Assembly (NCBI GenBank): GCA_050945155.1
Contig: JBMNSK010000018.1
Coordinates: 1 to 24,000, forward strand
DNA from: Eggerthellaceae bacterium
GTDB taxonomy: Bacteria > Actinomycetota > Coriobacteriia > Coriobacteriales > Eggerthellaceae
Length of the DNA: 24,000 bases
Direction: 5' to 3'
Shown: piece by piece, positions 8,588-16,661 of the stretch
Layout: every line of letters begins with the position of its first letter
Position numbering within the stretch: position 1 is the stretch's first letter
The notes under the pieces: generated by a model
Databases searched by the model: none
The model's input: only the letters and a program-made list of their open reading frames with translations
Told to the model about the DNA's origin: nothing
Program-made: the position numbers and the translations under genes

Positions 8588-9040
8588 ATGAGTCAATCCC
8601 CCCAGATGACATTCAACCCACCCTACGACGGCGACCATCGTCTTTCTGGCAGAAAGTACACAAGTGGCGGTGGGCACTATGAGGTTAGCATCAAGGACCA
8701 CTTTGATGCTGCACATTCCTTGCCGGGATATGATGGCCAATGCCAGTATCTTCACGGACATACCTGGGATGTTGAACTGACGGTTGTTGGTGGAAGCCTC
8801 GATAAAGTTGGTCTTCTCTGCGACTTTAAGATGTTAAAAGATGAGCTTCACGCCATTCTTGATAACTTCGATCACCACTACATCAATCAGATCCCGCCTT
8901 TTAATTCCATTAATCCGACGGCAGAAAATTTAGCCCGGATTATTTTTTATGAATTAGAAGGAAGGATTCCGAACACAGTTACCTTAAAAGAGGTCAGTGT
9001 TTGGGAAAGCCCCTATGCGAAGGTTACTTATCGTCCGTAA
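8588..9040 (+). CDS. queD: 6-carboxy-5,6,7,8-tetrahydropterin synthase (QueD / COG0720 PTPS family)
   Basis: The ORF track starts at 8540 inside the upstream gene. ATG 8588 is preceded by AGGAGAGG (8578-8585). It has the CxxxHGH signature (CQYLHGHTWDVEL), FDAAHSLPGYDG and NPTAENLAR. Confidence 0.8.
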   Translation: MSQSPQMTFNPPYDGDHRLSGRKYTSGGGHYEVSIKDHFDAAHSLPGYDGQCQYLHGHTWDVELTVVGGSLDKVGLLCDFKMLKDELHAILDNFDHHYINQIPPFNSINPTAENLARIIFYELEGRIPNTVTLKEVSVWESPYAKVTYRP

Positions 9041-9148
9041 TCCAATTCTTTCGCATCAGTTTTCATAGAGGTATTTTTTGCGCAGATTAAGCCGCAGAGA
9101 AATTGCTGCGTAAAACTTTGCGTATCGTATTGCTCTGTTTTAAGGCAT

Positions 9149-9177
9149 AAAAAAACCCGCTTGAAGCGGGTTTTTTA
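9149..9177. terminator. Bidirectional rho-independent terminator shared by queD (+) and rpmB (-)
   Basis: A7-CCCGC-TTGAA-GCGGG-T6: a perfect GC stem flanked by an A-run on one side and a T-run on the other, so it reads as a terminator on both strands. Confidence 0.8.
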
Positions 9178-9199
9178 AATTTCGGTGTTCGAACTCTAT

Positions 9200-9391
9200 T
9201 TATGCACGAGTAACTTTTCCTGCCTTAATGCAGGCGGTGCATACGTGAGCCTTACGTACATGTCCTTTGCTATCCTTAATCGTGATTTTCTGGACGTTCG
9301 GACGGAAAGTACGACTGGATACACGGTGTGAATGGCTGACGTTGCGACCTGCAACAGGTGCCTTCCCGCAAATTTCACATACTTTAGACAT
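9200..9391 (-). CDS. rpmB: 50S ribosomal protein L28 (zinc-ribbon C+ form)
   Basis: 63 aa: MSKVCEICGKAPVAGRNVSHSHRVSSRTFRPNVQK ... HVCTACIKAGK. This is a canonical L28 with both Cys pairs. Confidence 0.95.
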   Translation of the reverse strand: MSKVCEICGKAPVAGRNVSHSHRVSSRTFRPNVQKITIKDSKGHVRKAHVCTACIKAGKVTRA

Positions 9392-9456
9392 TTTCCATCA
9401 ACTCCATGTATAGTTCATCGCATACGCATATTGCTTGATTTGTAAACAGCCTGAAC

Positions 9457-9485
9457 ACTATAGCACGCGCGACAAGCAGGTACAA
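9457..9485 (-). promoter_or_regulatory. Putative sigma-70 type promoter of rpmB
   Basis: On the minus strand: TTGTAC (rc of 9480-9485), a 17-nt spacer, then TGcTATAGT (extended -10; the -10 is rc of 9457-9462). It lies about 65 nt upstream of the rpmB ATG. Confidence 0.45.
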
Positions 9486-9607
9486 GAAAATTTCATGTAA
9501 TATCATTTTGTCGGCTTATCTCACTTGAAGCCTCAAGTTGAGCATGCGTTATACTGCATGTGGCCCAGATTGACAGTGTAGAAAACTACGCTGCGAAAGG
9601 AAGAATC

Positions 9608-9952
9608 ATGACTTCAAAAATACCAGGCAACTTACATGTGGCCAATGATGTCTTGGCAGATATGGTCGGTAATGCCGCGCTTGAGTGCTATGGCGTTGTG
9701 GGTATGACTGATCCTTCTGCTGTCGACGGAATAACAAAAATACTTTCTATGTCACGCCTTCGTCGTGGCGTTCAAATTAGTACTTCCGACGCCGGAGTAA
9801 AGGTTGAGCTGAATGTGGTTGTCGAGTACGGCATGAACATCAGTACCGTTACTCAGAACTTAATTGATCGAGTTAAGTTTGTGTTGGAACACTATGCATG
9901 TGTGCCCATTGACCATATTGAGGTTCACGTTAAGGGGATTAAGGTGCGCTAA
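9608..9952 (+). CDS. Asp23/Gls24-family (YloU-like) alkaline shock protein
   Basis: The ORF track starts at 9560. ATG 9608 follows AAAGGAAG. VANDVLADMVGNAALECYGVVGM is typical of Asp23/DUF322. It sits upstream of a DAK2 protein, as in the Firmicutes yloU-yloV pair. Confidence 0.85.
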   Translation: MTSKIPGNLHVANDVLADMVGNAALECYGVVGMTDPSAVDGITKILSMSRLRRGVQISTSDAGVKVELNVVVEYGMNISTVTQNLIDRVKFVLEHYACVPIDHIEVHVKGIKVR

Positions 9953-10024
9953 AAGCGCGCAGACTTTGTAAGCTTGTGAGCGCTGCCAAATAGCGCACTT
10001 TACCGGAGGGGAAGAAAGCTCATT

Positions 10025-11677
10025 ATGTCAGATTCATATCGTGCAAACGATGTTCTGAATGCACTTGTCGCTGCTAGTAAAACGCTAAGCGAACGCCAGG
10101 ACGAAATAAATCGTCTGAATGTATTTCCTGTGCCTGACGGAGATACAGGCACCAATATGTCATTAACGCTTGAGTCAGTGGTAAAGAGTTTGGCTCAGCT
10201 ACCGGAGAACGCTTCTGGGGAAGATACGCGTAAAGCTATTACAACCGGGGCTTTGATGGGAGCACGCGGAAATTCAGGCGTAATCACATCTCAGATTTTG
10301 CGCGGATTCTGCGAAGGATCTGTAAAGTATGACACCTTAACGACCGAAGTTATCGATGCTGCATTTGCTCGCGCGGTAGACGTTGCATTTCAAGCGGTTC
10401 GCAAACCTGTTGAAGGCACCATCCTGACGGTTCTACGCGATACTGCTGCTGCCGCGAAACGCGCTAATCGTAAGCACTTCTCTTGTGATGAAACCTTAAA
10501 CACCATTGTTGAGGCTGCCTTTACTTCAGTGCAGCATACGCCTGAGCTGCTTGCAATTCTTAAGGAAAACGGCGTCGTCGATGCAGGTGGTTACGGATTT
10601 GCAATCTTGCTCGATGCTTTCTCTACTGCCATACAGGGTAAGGGTGGCATGGTAGGCCAGGAAACCCAGCGTACGGTATATGCCACACCTAAGGTAGAAA
10701 TTGAGCAGATTAACGACTGGGAGGGTTCCCAGTACCGCTACTGCACCGAATTCTTGGTTCATTCAGAAACTGTTGATGTCGATGCAGCGAAGCGGTTCTT
10801 ACCAACGATGGGCGATTGTGACCTTATGGTTGGTAACCATCCAAACTTTAAGGTTCATGTTCATTCGAACCGTCCGGACAAAGTGCTTCGTTGGTTCTTG
10901 ACGCATGATGCACAGATTTCTGAAGTTCATGTCCATAATATGGACTTGCAAAGCGAAGCACGCAATGAGGCTTTGGCTGTTGAGCAATTGCATGAGCAGG
11001 CACATGTTGAAGAGCGCAAGCCCTTTGGTGTTGTTGCCGTAGCCGTTGGTGAAGGCAACGCCAAGATTTTAGAGAGTTTGGGCGCCGATGTTGTGGTGAA
11101 GGGTGGTCAAACCATGAACCCTTCGACCAAGGACTTGCTTGATGCTGTGGAAGAAACTCATGCCGACAATGTCATTATTCTGCCAAACAACGGCAATATT
11201 ATTATGGCTGCTGAGTCTGCAAGCAATTTAGCCGAGGTCAACTGCGGAGTCATTCCAACGAAGAGCGTTCCACAAGGTTTTTCAGCACTCTTTGGCTATA
11301 ACCCAAGCGCTACGCTCGAGGAAAACCTCGAGACCATGGCTGAATCTTGTGAGGGTGTGAAAACCGGTGAAGTTACTTGGGCCATCAAAGATTCAAAGGA
11401 TGCGCATGGCAACCCTATTAAAACCGGTGATGTCATCGGAATAGCTGATGGGTCAATTGAGGCTGTGGATTCGACGGTTGAAGGTGCAGTAAAGCAGTTG
11501 CTGGTGGCTATGGAGGTTGAAGACTTTGACACGCTCACCCTTTTAGCCGGTGCTGACTTTGACGATGATAGGTTTGAAAAACTCACGGAAGAAATCGAAG
11601 AAACCTATCCTGACCTCGATGTCGATGCTCATAGGGGAGATCAGCCTCTGCATCCTATTGTGATGTCGGTTGAATAA
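10025..11677 (+). CDS. DAK2-domain protein YloV / fatty-acid kinase FakA-like
   Basis: 550 aa. The N-terminal Dak2 motif is VFPVPDGDTGTNM ... GARGNSGVI. The YloV-type C-terminal domain and the position between asp23 and recG match the yloV/fakA locus. Confidence 0.85.
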   Translation: MSDSYRANDVLNALVAASKTLSERQDEINRLNVFPVPDGDTGTNMSLTLESVVKSLAQLPENASGEDTRKAITTGALMGARGNSGVITSQILRGFCEGSVKYDTLTTEVIDAAFARAVDVAFQAVRKPVEGTILTVLRDTAAAAKRANRKHFSCDETLNTIVEAAFTSVQHTPELLAILKENGVVDAGGYGFAILLDAFSTAIQGKGGMVGQETQRTVYATPKVEIEQINDWEGSQYRYCTEFLVHSETVDVDAAKRFLPTMGDCDLMVGNHPNFKVHVHSNRPDKVLRWFLTHDAQISEVHVHNMDLQSEARNEALAVEQLHEQAHVEERKPFGVVAVAVGEGNAKILESLGADVVVKGGQTMNPSTKDLLDAVEETHADNVIILPNNGNIIMAAESASNLAEVNCGVIPTKSVPQGFSALFGYNPSATLEENLETMAESCEGVKTGEVTWAIKDSKDAHGNPIKTGDVIGIADGSIEAVDSTVEGAVKQLLVAMEVEDFDTLTLLAGADFDDDRFEKLTEEIEETYPDLDVDAHRGDQPLHPIVMSVE

Positions 11678-11697
11678 ATCTAAGGCAAGCAGAAAGC

Positions 11698-13920
11698 GTG
11701 GCCACGAAGAAACAGGAAGGTCGAAAGTCGAGCCAACCGTCAGTGCTCGATAGGCTTTCTGCGACTCTTGCGCTTGATGATGACGTGAGCCGTGTTCGTC
11801 TGGTGAGTCCGACCCGTGCCCGCGCGCTTGAGAAGTTTCAGATTAAAACAGTTAAAGATTTGCTGGGACACTATCCGCGCCGCTATCTTGACATGTCATT
11901 GCAAAAATCTATTGCTGATGCCGTTATCGGTGATTCGTGTACCATCGTGGGTCATGTCCACCGCATCGAACTCAAGCGTCCTCGCCCGAAGTTTTCTTTA
12001 GTTGAAATTTCTCTGGTTGATGAAACCGGCCTTCTTATTATTACGGCTTTTCGCCAGCCGTGGCTTATGGATTCCATTAAGACGGGTATGCGTCTTGTCG
12101 TGGCGGGGAAATGCGAGTTTAACTATGGCTATAAGCGCATGACTAACCCACTCATTGAAGAGATTGAAGAGGGAATTACGCTCGAAAACGGGCTCATCAT
12201 CCCGGTTCATCCCGCGACGGAAAGAATTTCAACCGCATGGATGAGACGTCTTATCTCCAATGCGCTTTCCTATGTACAGGGAGCTTACGACCCCTTACCG
12301 CTTGACCTGCGCACTAGGTATCGCCTGATGAGTAGGTATGCAGCGCTTTCTGCCATTCACTTTCCTCATTCCATGGAAGATGCTCATGAGGCCCGGCGAC
12401 GCCTTGCTTATGAGGAAGTCTTTCTTCTTGAACTTGCTCTTATGACCGAGGGAAATAAACGAAGCGAAGGAAAGCAAGCGCAGTCTCATGAGATTTCCGG
12501 TCCGAAACTACAACGTCTTGATGAGTCACTTCCGTTTGATTTGACAGATGATCAGATACAAGCGCGCCAAGAGGTTTTGGCAGCCCTTGCTTCTCATAAT
12601 GTGGCAAACCATATGGTTCTCGGAGATGTAGGCACCGGGAAAACCATCATAGCGGCTTTTGCCATTGCTGCTGCAGCTGATTCGAAAACGCAAACCTTGT
12701 TTATGGCACCGACCGAAATTCTTGCTCACCAGCACGCAAATAATCTTGGACCGCTTTTTGAGGAAGCTGGAGTTTCATGGGAGTTGCTGACGGGTGCAAC
12801 TCCTGATGAGAAGCGGGAAGAGATAAAGGCGAAATTGACACAAGGAGAGATTGATGTACTTATAGGAACACACGCACTCCTTGAGAAAGACGTGGAATGT
12901 AAGAACTGCAGCCTTGTCATCATTGATGAGCAGCAACGCTTTGGTGTGAATCAACGGGCTACGTTGTTGCACAAAGGCGAAAACCCCGATGCACTCTACC
13001 TAACCGCTACTCCAATTCCACGCAGTCTTGCACTGGCTTTGTACGGAAACTTGAGCCTGTCCTACCTTAAGCATCGTCCCTATGACACAAAAAACCGCAA
13101 AACCTTTGTGCATGCAAAATCACAGCGTGGAGAGGCATATGATGCCGCAACGAAAGCGCTTTCCCGCGGTGAACAGGTATATGTGGTTTGTCCTTTAGTG
13201 GGAATAAAAGAGGAAAAACCGGCAGCGAAAAAATTGACTTCTCTTGCGGATGCTCATGAGGACGAATACGAATACGAAGCTATTAGCATTGAAGACGAAA
13301 ATGACTTTGGTAAGGAAAATACCGCTGCTGTCAAAAAGGAGGCGCAGTTTCTTCAAGCAAAAGTATTTCCCGACTACACGGTAGAGCTTCTCCACGGCAA
13401 GATGAAATCTGACGAAAAGCAAGAGGTCATGCGTAAATTTAGCGCAGGTGAGATTGATGTCTTGGTAGCCACGACGGTTATCGAGGTTGGCATTGATGTT
13501 GAAAACGCCACGGTCATGATTATTGAGGATGCAGACCGGTTTGGACTTGCGCAGCTACACCAGCTCCGTGGTCGTGTTGGCAGAGGAAAAAAGGCTGGTG
13601 AGGTTCATCTTGTCTCGTCGATGCAAACGGATGCTGCCTTGCAGAGACTGAACGCTATGACAACAACCGACGATGGCTTTGAGCTTGCTACCTATGACCT
13701 CTCGCTGCGTCGCGAGGGCGATATTCTCGGTAACCGCCAGCATGGCGCCTCAAGCTTAAAGCTTGTCAATGTTGTTCGAAACGGTGCCATGATTGAAGCA
13801 GCCCATAAGGATGCAGCTGCAATTCTTGAGCTTGACCCGCATCTTGAAGACGGTGACCACCAAGCGCTTAAGCGTGAGCTTCGCCTAAGCTTCAAAGACT
13901 CTGTTGTGGAAGGAGGCTAG
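11698..13920 (+). CDS. recG: ATP-dependent DNA helicase RecG
   Basis: 740 aa with a GTG start. It has Walker A GDVGTGKT, DEQQRFG, TATPIPRS, HQLRGRVGRG and an N-terminal wedge/OB region. The exact start is uncertain. Confidence 0.93.
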   Translation: MATKKQEGRKSSQPSVLDRLSATLALDDDVSRVRLVSPTRARALEKFQIKTVKDLLGHYPRRYLDMSLQKSIADAVIGDSCTIVGHVHRIELKRPRPKFSLVEISLVDETGLLIITAFRQPWLMDSIKTGMRLVVAGKCEFNYGYKRMTNPLIEEIEEGITLENGLIIPVHPATERISTAWMRRLISNALSYVQGAYDPLPLDLRTRYRLMSRYAALSAIHFPHSMEDAHEARRRLAYEEVFLLELALMTEGNKRSEGKQAQSHEISGPKLQRLDESLPFDLTDDQIQARQEVLAALASHNVANHMVLGDVGTGKTIIAAFAIAAAADSKTQTLFMAPTEILAHQHANNLGPLFEEAGVSWELLTGATPDEKREEIKAKLTQGEIDVLIGTHALLEKDVECKNCSLVIIDEQQRFGVNQRATLLHKGENPDALYLTATPIPRSLALALYGNLSLSYLKHRPYDTKNRKTFVHAKSQRGEAYDAATKALSRGEQVYVVCPLVGIKEEKPAAKKLTSLADAHEDEYEYEAISIEDENDFGKENTAAVKKEAQFLQAKVFPDYTVELLHGKMKSDEKQEVMRKFSAGEIDVLVATTVIEVGIDVENATVMIIEDADRFGLAQLHQLRGRVGRGKKAGEVHLVSSMQTDAALQRLNAMTTTDDGFELATYDLSLRREGDILGNRQHGASSLKLVNVVRNGAMIEAAHKDAAAILELDPHLEDGDHQALKRELRLSFKDSVVEGG

Positions 13921-13921
13921 C

Positions 13922-14494
13922 ATGCGTATCGTTGCTGGTACCTTTGGTGGCCGTATTATCGAAGCTCCTGAATCGGATGCAACTCGTCCTACTTATGACC
14001 GGGTTCGCGAAGCTCTATTTAGCTCGCTGTTTAGTCTGCGGGGTGGCATGGAAGGTGCGGTTGTCCTCGACGCCTTTGCTGGGTCAGGTGCCTTAGGCTT
14101 TGAGTCCCTATCACGTGGTGCTGAGTCGGTCTATTTTTGCGACACCGCGAAAGATGCACGGGACTGTATTTTGCGTAATGCAAAAAACCTCGGGCTTACC
14201 CCGTCTTCCTATACTCTTTCATCCCAGGATGTTTTGAAACATCTCCCATCTGGCCTTTCGCCTTTCGACCTTATTTTCCTTGACCCTCCCTATGCGTTTG
14301 AAGTTCAAGAAATTTTTGACTTTCTTGAAAACTTAGCAGGAAAAGGGAAGGTGGCTTATGGCGCTCTTGTTGTGTATGAGCATGATCTTCGGAATAACGA
14401 TGCGGTTATGAAATTGGTCGAAAATTCATCGTTTGAGATGATTAAACGGAAGAAATACGGTAAAACAATCGTCGATATCTTGAAATTCAAGTAA
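13922..14494 (+). CDS. rsmD: 16S rRNA (guanine966-N2)-methyltransferase RsmD
   Basis: ATG 13922 is preceded by AGGAGG (13911-13916), immediately after the recG stop. N-terminus MRIVAGTFGGR, SAM motif DAFAGSGALGFESLSRGA, and DPPY. Confidence 0.88.
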   Translation: MRIVAGTFGGRIIEAPESDATRPTYDRVREALFSSLFSLRGGMEGAVVLDAFAGSGALGFESLSRGAESVYFCDTAKDARDCILRNAKNLGLTPSSYTLSSQDVLKHLPSGLSPFDLIFLDPPYAFEVQEIFDFLENLAGKGKVAYGALVVYEHDLRNNDAVMKLVENSSFEMIKRKKYGKTIVDILKFK

Positions 14495-14546
14495 AGTAGA
14501 AGACGAAATTTTACTGAAGCTTACCTACCGAGAGAAGGGGGGCGCG

Positions 14547-15029
14547 ATGAAACGAGGCTTAACACCGGGAACTTTTGACCCCATCACCAATGGGCACCTC
14601 GACGTAATTACGAGGGCTTCTCAACTCATGGATGAGATTATTGTTGCCGTAGCGGCATCTCCTGCGAAAAAACCACTCTTTACGCTCGAAGAGCGAACGG
14701 ACTTGGTGCGCAAGGCCACTGCCCATCTTCCAAATGTTCGTGTTGAACCCTTTGATTGTTTGCTGGTGGACTTTGCACAGGAAATGGAAGCAACGGTGGT
14801 AGTAAAGGGTTTGCGCGCTATCACCGACTTCGAATACGAGTTCCAGATGAATGCGCTTAACTACCAGCTTTCAAAGCAACTTGAGACCGTTTTCATCATG
14901 TCGCCTCCGGAATATATGTACCTTTCATCATCTATTGTTCGCGAGATTGCGAGCTTGGATGGTGATTTTGGACACTTTGTTCCTCCGTGTGTTGAAGAAG
15001 CGCTCATCAAGAAATTTAAGCTTGAGTAG
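14547..15029 (+). CDS. coaD: Phosphopantetheine adenylyltransferase
   Basis: 160 aa with GTFDPITNGHLD, VKGLRAITDFEYE and ISSSIVREI motifs. Confidence 0.95.
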   Translation: MKRGLTPGTFDPITNGHLDVITRASQLMDEIIVAVAASPAKKPLFTLEERTDLVRKATAHLPNVRVEPFDCLLVDFAQEMEATVVVKGLRAITDFEYEFQMNALNYQLSKQLETVFIMSPPEYMYLSSSIVREIASLDGDFGHFVPPCVEEALIKKFKLE

Positions 15030-15059
15030 GCAATCTAGCTGTGGAAACATGGGCCGGCG

Positions 15060-15068
15060 TGTTAGAAT
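15060..15068 (+). promoter_or_regulatory. Possible extended -10 element (TGTTAGAAT) upstream of the coiled-coil / yceD genes
   Basis: It matches TGnTAtAAT at 8 of 9 positions in the 173-nt coaD-downstream gap, but no convincing -35 is present. An alternative is TTGAGA (15099-15104), 18 nt, TAAACT (15123-15128). Confidence 0.3.
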
Positions 15069-15202
15069 GTGCTCGGTTTGTGCGGTAGCTTCCAGGATTT
15101 GAGACAAAGTGTCTTATACTGCTAAACTGTACTGGGTTTTGTAAGTTCTAACCTTTTGGCACATGCACTGCTAACGTAGCAAGCGAAGGTGGAAGGATTA
15201 TC

Positions 15203-15673
15203 ATGGACGAAACGGGAGTCTTGGGCTTATTAGAAGAACTCTCAATTTTGCTTGAGGATTCTAAGCCGGTTTTCGGTAGAAACAATATGCGCCAAGTTGA
15301 TATAGCGGCTGCTTTTGAAATCATTGACGAGATTAGGGACACGTTCCCCAGCGAGTTTTCTCAGGCTCGTCAGATTGTACGCGAGCGCCAAAGCTTGCTT
15401 GATGATGCGCAGGCTGAAGCAGATCGTACTGTCGAGGATGCTCGTAGCCAAGCTATCACCATTGCAAGTGAGCAGGAAATCGTTCGCGTTGCACAGCAAA
15501 AAGCAGACCAGATTCTGGCTGATGCGCGCGAGCTCGAACGTCAGACGCGTGCAGGCGCTGAAGATTATGCTGATGAAGTATTTGGTCATGTCGAGAACAG
15601 TCTCGATACCTTGCTGAACAACGTACGTCGTTGTCGCGATCGCTTGAACGCAAATTCACAGAACTATTCATAA
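15203..15673 (+). CDS. Conserved uncharacterised coiled-coil protein (family variously annotated as ATPase or ATP synthase b/H-like); function unknown
   Basis: 156 aa with a good RBS, GGAAGGA (15191-15197). It is Ala/Glu/Arg/Gln-rich and helical: ERQSLLDDAQAEADRTVEDARSQA ... ARELERQTRAGAEDYADEVF. It ends 1 nt before the yceD start. Confidence 0.6.
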   Translation: MDETGVLGLLEELSILLEDSKPVFGRNNMRQVDIAAAFEIIDEIRDTFPSEFSQARQIVRERQSLLDDAQAEADRTVEDARSQAITIASEQEIVRVAQQKADQILADARELERQTRAGAEDYADEVFGHVENSLDTLLNNVRRCRDRLNANSQNYS

Positions 15674-15674
15674 C

Positions 15675-16223
15675 ATGAGCGGCACGGCTGTAATTACCTT
15701 GCCTTCCGAGCTCTTCGCGCCTGCGGAGAGCTTGTATTTTGAGGGCAAATTAGATATGGACTTCCTGCATACGCAGGTGGATGACTACCGTTTTGTCACG
15801 CCACTTTCGTGGCAGGTCAATGTTACGAATACCGGTGGGTCCTTTCTTGTTCTGGGATCTGTTCAGGTTGAAGCGCAGACCTCCTGTGCTCGGTGCTTAT
15901 CTCCGGTGTCCCTTACCCTAGATGGTGAGATTGAAGCGTATTTTCTGGAAAACCCAGATGAGGACATTCCGGAAGAGATTGGTGAAGACGAAATCAATAT
16001 TCTTCCCGAAAATCATGAGATAGATATGGTGCCGCTCATTACGCAGGCTTTGCTTTTGGCTTTGCCGCTGGTTCCTTTGTGTTCTCCCGATTGCAAGGGA
16101 ATCTGTCCTCATTGTGGGGCAAATTTGAACGAAGGTCCGTGTAAGTGCAGTGAGGATAAGGATGAAATATCCGACGACAATCCCTTTGCCGTTTTGAAAA
16201 ACATTGACTTTTCCGACAACTAA
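15675..16223 (+). CDS. yceD: YceD / DUF177 family protein (large-subunit rRNA accumulation protein)
   Basis: 182 aa. Cys clusters CARCLSP ... CSPDCKGICPHCGANLNEGPCKC and a C-terminal NPFAVLK. It lies upstream of rpmF, as is almost universal for this family. Confidence 0.85.
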   Translation: MSGTAVITLPSELFAPAESLYFEGKLDMDFLHTQVDDYRFVTPLSWQVNVTNTGGSFLVLGSVQVEAQTSCARCLSPVSLTLDGEIEAYFLENPDEDIPEEIGEDEINILPENHEIDMVPLITQALLLALPLVPLCSPDCKGICPHCGANLNEGPCKCSEDKDEISDDNPFAVLKNIDFSDN

Positions 16224-16288
16224 GTCGTACCCCAAGCGGTTATTATTTTGCGTTTGTGTGCAGGTTTTTTAACTCTTTTGACGAATGC

Positions 16289-16317
16289 TTGCGGCAAGTT
16301 GCAAGCTTTGGTACTAT
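16289..16317 (+). promoter_or_regulatory. Putative promoter of rpmF
   Basis: TTGCGG (16289-16294), a 17-nt spacer, then TGgTACTAT (extended -10; hexamer 16312-16317). It lies about 70 nt upstream of the rpmF ATG. Confidence 0.45.
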
Positions 16318-16386
16318 CTCACATTGCGTTTAATGAAGGAATTAATAAGACTTTGAGCTTATCGTAATTGAAGGAGCATTGGAATC

Positions 16387-16566
16387 ATGGCTGTACCTAA
16401 GCAAAAAACGGGTCGCTCTCGTACTCATTCGCGTCGCAGCGCCAACGATAAAGTAGCTGCGCCTGCTCGTTCCATTTGCCCACAGTGCGGCGAGGTCAAG
16501 CTTCCTCATCGCGTTTGCCCAAACTGTGGCTACTATAACGGTCGCGAAGTTATCGAGACTGCCTAG
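16387..16566 (+). CDS. rpmF: 50S ribosomal protein L32 (zinc-ribbon C+ form)
   Basis: Not in the ORF track because it is 59 aa. Hand translation: [69 protein letters not shown] lies upstream. Confidence 0.93.
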   Translation: MAVPKQKTGRSRTHSRRSANDKVAAPARSICPQCGEVKLPHRVCPNCGYYNGREVIETA

Positions 16567-16591
16567 TTTTATTTCATTTTTTGGATATAGT

Positions 16592-16632
16592 GCCTTCCTG
16601 TGTTTTTATACTACAGGAAGGCTTTTCCATTT
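16592..16632 (+). terminator. Rho-independent terminator downstream of rpmF
   Basis: A perfect 10-bp stem, GCCTTCCTGT (16592-16601) / ACAGGAAGGC (16613-16622), with an 11-nt loop, followed by TTTTCCATTTT. Confidence 0.75.
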
Positions 16633-16661
16633 TATGAAGACGAAACGGAGGGGAAGTAAGC

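Noticed and set aside
8588-9040. QueD could mark a 7-deazaguanine DNA-modification (dpd-like) or phage-defense island.
   Set aside because: No dpdA/tgt-like, queC/queE, helicase or nuclease genes are nearby, and the flanks are core housekeeping genes terminated by a shared terminator with rpmB.
9178-9199. A GTTCGAA motif near 9187 is reminiscent of a tRNA T-loop.
   Set aside because: No acceptor, D or anticodon arms can be folded around it. It lies between the terminator and the rpmB stop codon.
13195-13390. RecG carries an acidic insertion of about 30 aa (EDEYEYEAISIEDENDF...) between the two RecA-like lobes, compared with E. coli RecG.
   Set aside because: This linker is variable in length among Gram-positive and actinobacterial RecG proteins. 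The helicase motifs on both sides are intact and in frame. I cannot show from sequence alone that it is unusual for the lineage.
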